20,000 nt of DNA from Spizellomyces punctatus DAOM BR117 (taxonomy: Eukaryota): NCBI GenBank assembly GCA_000182565.2, contig KQ257452.1. One strand, written 5' to 3'. This document shows positions 13,138 to 20,000 of the stretch, one piece after another. A program made the position numbers and the translations under genes. Each line of letters begins with the position of its first letter. Positions within the stretch are counted from its first letter, which is position 1. The notes below the pieces were generated by a model, which saw only the letters and a program-made list of their open reading frames with translations, searched no databases and had not been told where the DNA came from.

Positions 13138-13686
13138 TCATCTCTTGGCAAGGTCATTATCGAGATCGCACTCTTGTATGGCTGTCGGTGAATGCTTTAC
13201 TAGGGTTTCTCCCTTGAAACTACTGTGTAGAACATTTGTAAATAACAAATCTGTTGCGCGACAAAATATATTTTTAAAACTTTAACATGACCAACATGAA
13301 GTCAATATGCAATGATGAATCCAACATTTCACTCTGCGAAAACATGTCAATATTAACATGAACCCACAAAAGAGCACAAAAAAAAGCAATCGTGTTTGTT
13401 ACAGAGAAACCAAAAAGAACAAAATACAAAAGAAAAATCCCTTTCCTCCCCATCCTCTCTCTTTTATCTTTTTCCTTAACACCCCCTTCCCACTCTTTTC
13501 ACATTGTTGCATTTGTAAATCCTTTTTACGTGTCCATATCTACAAAAAAAAACACACAAGAGTAACTAAAATACAACCGTTCGGTATGAACTTTGTTGTT
13601 CACGTATATCAACAAGCCACCTAAAAAACACACAAAACATCAGTATATAACCCACCAAAAACCACAAAAACAAGACAAAACCAACC

Positions 13687-15642
13687 TCAGTTTCTAAACC
13701 CACTCGCATACAAACTCTTTGTCCGCTCCCGAATAACACTCTTGGGTCGTTCCCCATCAACAGAATAATCCAGCGGTTCCAAACACGTCACAGGGAACGC
13801 CCCAATTTCACCCGTAGATTCATTCCGCCCAACACCCCACCCATCATCGTACTCTTCTTCAACAGTAACGACATCGCCAATCATGAGGGAGAGTTCGTCG
13901 CCTAGTTGAGCGGCGTAGGCTTCGACGACCTTCATTTGAACGAGGGGTTGGGTGGGTGTGTTGTTGATTGGGGGGAGAATTGGAGGGGGGGCGGCCGAGT
14001 AGACAGAGTAGGCGTTCGTAATGGGGGGTGGGGCATTGTACATGCTGGGAGGGGGAGGAGCATCAGTGTACATGCTTTGAGGAGGTGCCGGGTTGGAATA
14101 AACGGATTGCATGGCGGATTTCATGGTCGGGTACGAGTTTACTGGTAAAGGCGGTGGAGCCACTTTGGACCGTCCGCCGAAACCCATGATGGATTGGCGA
14201 ACGGCGGAAAAGAGGGATGTACGGCGTTTACTTCCAAATGGACCCGTTCCAGCGCCGTTTTTGAGTGTATCGGCGCGGAGTGGGCCTGGCTCGATTTCCG
14301 ATGGCGGGGGCTCCGAAGCGGAGGTGGAGGCTTTTTTCCAGGGTTTCATCTTAATGCAAAAGATGAAGACCAGGGCGAAAAAGACCATGGCGCCGAGTGC
14401 GATACCCGAGGCGATCCAGGGGGTGTTGTTGACGGGAGCGAGACCTTTGGCAATCGTTTTCAGAGTTGCGTCGGTGGCTTCGGCTGCTTTGGCACAGCAG
14501 GGGTCGGAGCCATTCGCAGAGCAGTAGGGGGCGACTTGAGCGGCCGTCGAGAAACCACATGTAACAAGTTCCGTATCCAGTCCACTTTTGCAGCCGCTAT
14601 TGTCGTTGAGCGTAGCGCAGTAGGCAGCAAAAGGGCTTGTCGAGGGTTGAGCAATGTTGGTCCGCGCGGCAGTCAGGCCTGCGTCGACCTGCGGTGGACA
14701 AGCCGTTCCGTTTTGAAAGATTGTGTTCATCGAGGCGATGAATTGGTTGCATTGCGTTCTACACAATGGCTGAATCGGTGGGTTCTCTTGGCATCTCCCA
14801 AATTGCACGAGCTGTACCGAGCAGGAGCACATTGAGCAAAGCGAGATGGGCGATGCGAGATTGGACGAGCAAACAGAGTAAACATGTCGAGCAAAGCGAG
14901 ATGTGGGATGCGAGAATTGTGACAAGGGGAATATCAGGAAAAAAAAGAGCACAACCCAGCGATTCGAGCGAGCACGTCAAGAGATTTGCGAGATTTGCGA
15001 GGAAATCGAGGGATACCAAAAAAGGAAGCGAGAAGAAGAAAGAAAAACCGTTAGATTCCAATCAATGCAAATGTGATGCCGATCTCTCCCTCTCATTCCC
15101 TCGCCACTCTTTCCCCACGCACAGCGACAGTTGCCCTCTCTCGCCATAGCTCAATGTCACTCTCCACTAGATACGCTTGTCATCTCTCCATCCCAATCCC
15201 AAACCTCAACCAAACGCTAAACCCTGATCCTAACCGCACCTTAAACCCAAACTAACGCTCTCTCTCTCTCACACAAACTTACATAAAAGCACAGAGTGGA
15301 AATGTGATACCGCTGACCGAGTCCATCCCAGTTGGGACACCCAAACTGGGACTTGAATCCATTCACATAATCTGGATTCCCATCGCTCTGGGTCTTTATA
15401 TAGGCATCAAAAGAATTCACGTCCTGGAAATCGGGCACCTTTTGAACAACTATAGGGAAATTATAAATGAGCTGAATGTCTCTCTCAATGACGATAATCT
15501 CTCTCCCGCTCTTACAAAAGTCTTGGAGACCCGGACAGGATTGAGAACCAGCGAGTTTAAAGCAGTTTTGAGCAGCGACACGCCCACACCAAGCGATGAG
15601 CAAGAGTATAGGAGCGAGAGAGCCTGTGCGTGCCCTCTTCAT
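13687..15642 (-). CDS. Type I membrane protein: signal peptide, Cys-rich ectodomain, TM helix, Pro/Tyr-rich linker, C-terminal SH3; 3 exons
   Basis: Exons 15642-15516, 15449-15283, 14811-13687. Signal LAPILLLIAWCGRVAAQ; TM WIASGIALGAMVFFALVFIFCI; SH3 VVEAYAAQLGDELSLMIGDVVTVEEEYDDGWGVG...GAFPVTCL. Confidence 0.85.
15190..15272 (-). repeat. Degenerate TTAGGG/TTTGGG-like tract plus (GA)n at the 5' end of a 471-nt intron
   Basis: Sense strand reads GAGAGAGAGAGAGCGTTAGTTTGGGTTTAAGGTGCGGTTAGGATCAGGGTTTAGCGTTTGGTTGAGGTTTGGGATTGGG. Confidence 0.65.
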
Positions 15643-15945
15643 GACCGGCAAGAGAGAGTAGGCGAGACAACAAAGACAAATGAATGCACTGAATGCTAAT
15701 CTCCAATGTTCAATGTTGCAAGAATGAAATCAAACTCCAAATCAAAAGACGTGGGAAATGGAGCAAGGAAGAAAACCGAGTTCCCCCATCCTCCTCTCCC
15801 CATTTCCCCTTCTTTGAAACGTTCTTCATACGTGGGAACTTTTGGTGGGAATATTTCCCAATATTCGATTACTATAATCATATGGTGAAACATTGCCGTT
15901 TTTATGAAACAATTGTTTCAGATTCGAGTCACAATGAGCCGCTCA

Positions 15946-15978
15946 TTGGAGTGTGATTGGAGTGTGATTAGAGTGTGA
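15946..15978. repeat. Short tandem repeat, 11-mer TT(G/A)GAGTGTGA x3
   Basis: TTGGAGTGTGA TTGGAGTGTGA TTAGAGTGTGA read directly from the sequence. Confidence 0.85.
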
Positions 15979-16000
15979 ATACAGTGTCAAACACTCTATG

Positions 16001-17230
16001 TTACTCTCGTAATGACCCTACATACGCCTGTCCACTTTTCAGATATCTTAATAGTCCAACAACACACTTTGCAAATAGTCTGCGTTCTGCAGGTTAACCT
16101 ATATCATACTCTACAGTACGTTTGAGGATCAAGTAATCCCCGACCGTTGGACCAGTGCCATTCTCCAAGTTAGCCAGATAATTTGGTGAGAATACGCCAG
16201 AGACTATGGAACATTTCCGATGGTGCACCATGAAACCAAACGACTAAAACAGTGAAAAGGTGAAATTAGAAACTTGGTCAGATATGGGGAAGGAGATAAT
16301 ACTTGGTCCTTTACTTCGGGCGTAGCGTGGGGGCGCCTAGATTGATTGTACTGGGCCACCGATATGACTTCTCCTGCGATTTGCGCCAGGATAGCCTGAT
16401 CAGTTTTCCTATGACAGTGCCTCTTGGCTTCTATAAAGGCGCAAACGGCAGACGAGAGCGTCTTGGCCTTGTCACCTCTGTCAGAAACGGACAAGTATCC
16501 GTCAGTTACGACAGATATACGGCGTCTGCAAAACTGCACGCCATGTTTAATGGGCTCCGTTCTGTTCGGAAAGCGTTAGAAAGCCCATGGTTGCCATCAC
16601 CACATGTTCGCGCATACCGAACACTCAAAAACAGTTGGCGTCCTCCAATAGAGAAAACTTTCCCATCATCGACCCAGTACCGCAAAAGCTCCCTGAGCAT
16701 GTCTTCTGAAACACACTCGGCTTTGTCAGTTGCCGTGGACGAGCCAGAACGAGAGCTACTGACACTTGACACAGGACTGGTCGAACAAACCGAGCTTAAA
16801 GAATCCGTCGATCCCGCCTGTATCACGTTGAGCAAGCGACTGTAGAAACCCCGAGACAAATCTCGGATATTCTTCAGAACAAAATGCTCAGACTTTAGAT
16901 CATTGGTGGAGTACATGAACATCTCAGAGTGCATGTCAAGTTCTTAAAGAGAAAATGCCAACCGATGAGCGACTTGTAACCCAAAACCAGGCTACACGAC
17001 ATACCCTCATCGGTTGGAAAAAAAGCGTCGGGAACCACGCTTTCAGGTGGTTGGTCTAATGCCAAGTGTACTTGAAGGGCGTCAAAGTAATCTTGGTTCC
17101 ACTTGCTAGCGGAAACAAACCCAGAGCGTTTCAGAATATCAAGGAGAGACAAAAGAGGAGAACCATTCCGTAACGACTGGAATTCAGCAGAAGCCAACAC
17201 CTCTGTATTCAATTGGTGAGAGAACGACAT
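16001..17230 (-). pseudogene. Four-exon orphan gene with a PD-(D/E)xK-like (restriction-endonuclease fold) motif; in-frame TAA at 16096-16094 (truncated allele, pseudogene or readthrough)
   Basis: Three GT-AG introns (17004-16943, 16617-16562, 16302-16244) join ORF-track fragments into one frame: ...ISVVTDGYLSV...CAFIEAKR...AILAQIAGEVISVAQYNQ...FSPNYLANLENG...LKRTVEYDIG*PAERRLFAKCVVGLLRYLKSGQAYVGSLRE*. Confidence 0.6.
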
Positions 17231-17386
17231 GACAGCGAGCAAGGCAAAGAAAGACAAAACGTGTAAATGTAGATGTTTCTAATTTTAAGATGCAGACCAT
17301 TGATTCACGTGATTCTTTGTGGTTTACGAAAGCGTTTACTCCATCTCACCACATTCCCACGCACACTCCATCTCACACATTACAAC

Positions 17387-19116
17387 ATGACATGCACATC
17401 AACAGACAAGGTACATGCGCACACATATGCACATTCACATGTGGATTCACATACGCAATTCACTCATTCACATGCGCATTCCCAATTGAAAGATCCTCTT
17501 GGAACCGTATCACTACTTGTGCACACACCCAGGAAAGGAAATACGCTCCAAACTCGTAGACGCATTCGGACTCTGGCTACACGTTCCTCAAGACAAACTA
17601 CAACTCATTCGTGAATGTGTGGAAATGCTTCATACCGCTAGTTTATTGATTGACGATGTCGAGGATGACTCGGATTTGAGACGAGGGATTCCTGGTGAGT
17701 AGTAATGAGAGAGGGACGCGTTTGTTCTGTCCTCACTCTGTTTTAATCCACTGGCAAGTCGCCCACAAGATATTTGGCATTCCCTCGACAATAAATTGCG
17801 CAAATTATGTCTACTTTCTCGCCCTCCAAAAACTATCCAATCTCAACGATCCGCGTGCGGTGCAGATTTTCACGGAAGAGCTCTTGCAGCTGCATCGGGG
17901 CCAAGGCATGGAGATTCACTGGAGGGACACAGGAACATGTCCCACAGAGGACGAGTACATTGGCATGGTCAAGAATAGTAAGTGTTGTGTTGAGTGTGGG
18001 TTAGGGTGAGGGTGAGAGTGAGGACTTTGGTTTAGGGCTGGGTTTGGGTTGGGTTTAGCGTTCGAATTCGAATTAGGGTTTGGTATCGAGTTAGAGTTCA
18101 GTTGGGGTTAGCATTTAGTTTTGTTCGTTTCGGTTGGGATTCGGTTGGGATTCGATTAGGATTCGATTGGGATTTGGGTTCGGAACTAGGGCTCGGATTT
18201 ATGCCAACGCAATTTATGGGANNNNNNNNNNNNNNNNNNNNNNNNNNNNNNNNNNNNNNNNNNNNNNNNNNNNNNNNNNNNNNNNNNNNNNNNNNNNNNN
18301 NNNNNNNNNNNNNNNNNNNNNNNNNNNNNNNNNNNNNNNNNNNNNNNNNNNNNNNNNNNNNNNNNNNNNNNNNNNNNNNNNNNNNNNNNNNNNNNNNNNN
18401 NNNNNNNNNNNNNNNNNNNNNNNNNNNNNNNNNNNNNNNNNNNNNNNNNNNNNNNNNNNNNNNNNNNNNNNNNNNNNNNNNNNNNNNNNNNNNNNNNNNN
18501 NNNNNNNNNNNNNNNNNNNNNNNNNNNNNNNNNNNNNNNNNNNNNNNNNNNNNNNNNNNNNNNNNNNNNNNNNNNNNNNNNNNNNNNNNNNNNNNNNNNN
18601 NNNNNNNNNNNNNNNNNNNNNNNNNNNNNNNNNNNNNNNNNNNNNNNNNNNNNNNNNNNNNNNNNNNNNNCAGCAAAGTAAGATGTTTGCAAGCGCTGAC
18701 GAAGCGTACTATAACCTCGTTCTAAAATCAATTCTGCGTTTTAGTATACCCAAAACAAGGGGCTTTGCAGAAGACCTTACTGAAGGGAAATTCTCGTTCC
18801 CCATCATTCACTGCATCCGATCCGATACCTCCAATACCCAACTCCAACGTAATATCCACCATCTTTCCCTCATTGTCATGCACCGTATTTACACACACCC
18901 CGTTTCTTTAAAATAGATATCCTGAAACAACGCCCAACATCCCCTGACCTAAAACAATTCGCCATCACATTAATGACCAAAACACGGACATTTGAGTATT
19001 GTAAAAATGTGTTGCGGGGGATTGAAGATGAGGCTCGTGAGGAGATTCGGCGGTTAGGTGGGAATGAGGCTTTGGAAGGGTATCTAGATTTTGTGGCTGT
19101 TGATTATGCGGAATGA
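17387..19116 (+). CDS. BTS1: Geranylgeranyl pyrophosphate synthase (type III, BTS1/GGPS1); middle exon(s) lost in an assembly gap
   Basis: [26 protein letters not shown]...[21 protein letters not shown] (first Asp-rich motif)...[13 protein letters not shown]...[gap]...[18 protein letters not shown]...LGGNEAL; TGA at 19114-19116. Confidence 0.95.
17995..18200 (+). repeat. Degenerate hexameric telomere-like (GGGTTA/GGGTTT/GGATTC) tract in a GGPP synthase intron
   Basis: GGGTTAGGGTGAGGGTGAGAGTGA...GGTTTAGGGCTGGGTTTGGGTTGGGTTTAGCG...TTAGGGTTTGG directly after the GTAAGT donor at 17978. Confidence 0.75.
18222..18670. other. Assembly gap (449 N)
   Basis: Run of N. It should contain the GGPPS KTGG and second Asp-rich (QIRDD) region, which is absent elsewhere. 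Confidence 0.99.
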
Positions 19117-19444
19117 GTAGATGGTTTTCATACCATATTCCCGCAAGATTGGTAACTTTATAACTTGGCATGAAATTTTGATTCTGATTCTACATTATGT
19201 ACAGGTTTGTCATGGTTTATTCCTTGCATTTTATCTATTCATGTACACTCGTACTAGTTCAGATGCTTATATTATCTCTCATGTTATAATTCACAATCAA
19301 AGTGTATATATCTATTTATTATGTCTCTATTCCATTCCCAACCTCGTCAGCTGCCAAAACACAGTTGACAACAAGCGTCAAAGTGAGTGACTTTTCGCCG
19401 ATCTGTAATGAAACGTTGCTATTGGGACCTCTATCCACGATGCG

Positions 19445-20000
19445 TCATGCGTTCCCTCGAATCCGCTTTTGATTCTCCAATATCCAAATCTTGGGTCCAA
19501 TCTTGATGTGAACAGGTACAGGAACCGACGTGATATGACCCACAAGTGCACTTTTTATCCACCTCAAGACTTGATTCAAATACGATCTGACACCAACCAC
19601 TTGCACTCCATCGAATCCACGTACAATCTCCATAACCTTCCATTCCCCACTAACCCTCTCATTCTCTGTCACCACAAAATCAAACCCCTCAAACTCGGTC
19701 AACCCCTCCGTTTTATCATACACGACATCCGCTCTCTGATGTCCAAACAAGGACGCACCCGTCATGGCCGTAAATGTATCATAATGCACCACAGCACCCG
19801 GATACACGTACCCATGAACGCGATCGAGTGCTTCTCCGCCCGGATAGTTCCATATCGATACGTAGAGCATAACAGCCGTGATACACAATTGGAGAATGGG
19901 GTATACTCTCAAAACCCAAGTAGCGATCCGCTTCCAGGTCGGTTTACCGCGTTCCAATCGGGTGATACTCACAGCCGACAGTACATTCAAAACGGGGACA
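19445..20000 (-). CDS. ALG12: Dol-P-Man alpha-1,6-mannosyltransferase (GT22), 3' part only
   Basis: YVSIWNYPGGEAL...VHYDTFTAMTGASLFG...YDKTE matches the ALG12 C-terminal motifs NYPGG, MTGxSxF and YDKTE. Confidence 0.85.
   Translation of the reverse strand, partial: VPVLNVLSAVSITRLERGKPTWKRIATWVLRVYPILQLCITAVMLYVSIWNYPGGEALDRVHGYVYPGAVVHYDTFTAMTGASLFGHQRADVVYDKTEGLTEFEGFDFVVTENERVSGEWKVMEIVRGFDGVQVVGVRSYLNQVLRWIKSALVGHITSVPVPVHIKIGPKIWILENQKRIRGNA

Noticed and set aside
12151..13226. Possible Tc1/mariner-like ends (TACAGTA... / ...TACTGT) around the repeat block
   Set aside because: Only ~6 bp of inverted match, which is expected by chance; no transposase remnant.
13340..13686. A/C-rich low-complexity stretch with an 88-aa ORF
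   Set aside because: Consistent with the U/G-rich 3' UTR of the minus-strand SH3 gene.
18098..18916. Long ORFs spanning the N run
   Set aside because: Artefacts of the assembly gap.

Overview
A gene-dense, intron-rich eukaryotic window. It is most likely from a flagellated early-diverging fungus (chytrid-like); this is inferred from a DNAAF2/kintoun gene, a SYP7-type SNARE, fungal-type GFA1 and mostly 55-100 nt GT-AG introns with CTRAY/CTCAY branch sites. Gene order: EPT1/CPT1-like phosphotransferase (+, 5' partial), RRP17 (-), NAA50 (+), GFA1 (-), DNAAF2 (+), TSTD2/TrhO-like rhodanese (-), SYP7-like Qc-SNARE (+), a ~0.8 kb nested tandem-repeat block, a Cys-rich/TM/SH3 receptor-like gene (-), a spliced PD-(D/E)xK-like orphan gene with an in-frame TAA (-), GGPP synthase (+, broken by a 449-N gap) and ALG12 (-, 5' partial). 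The most notable signals are a 2-nt microexon inside the catalytic motif of EPT1, the nuclease-fold gene with a premature stop, two long introns opening with similar degenerate TTAGGG-like tracts (one also has a ~270 nt AG-free zone), the 87-nt triplicated unit, and a GFA1 tail ending AKSVTTA. All gene models were built by eye from splice signals and protein motifs; no database searches were run.
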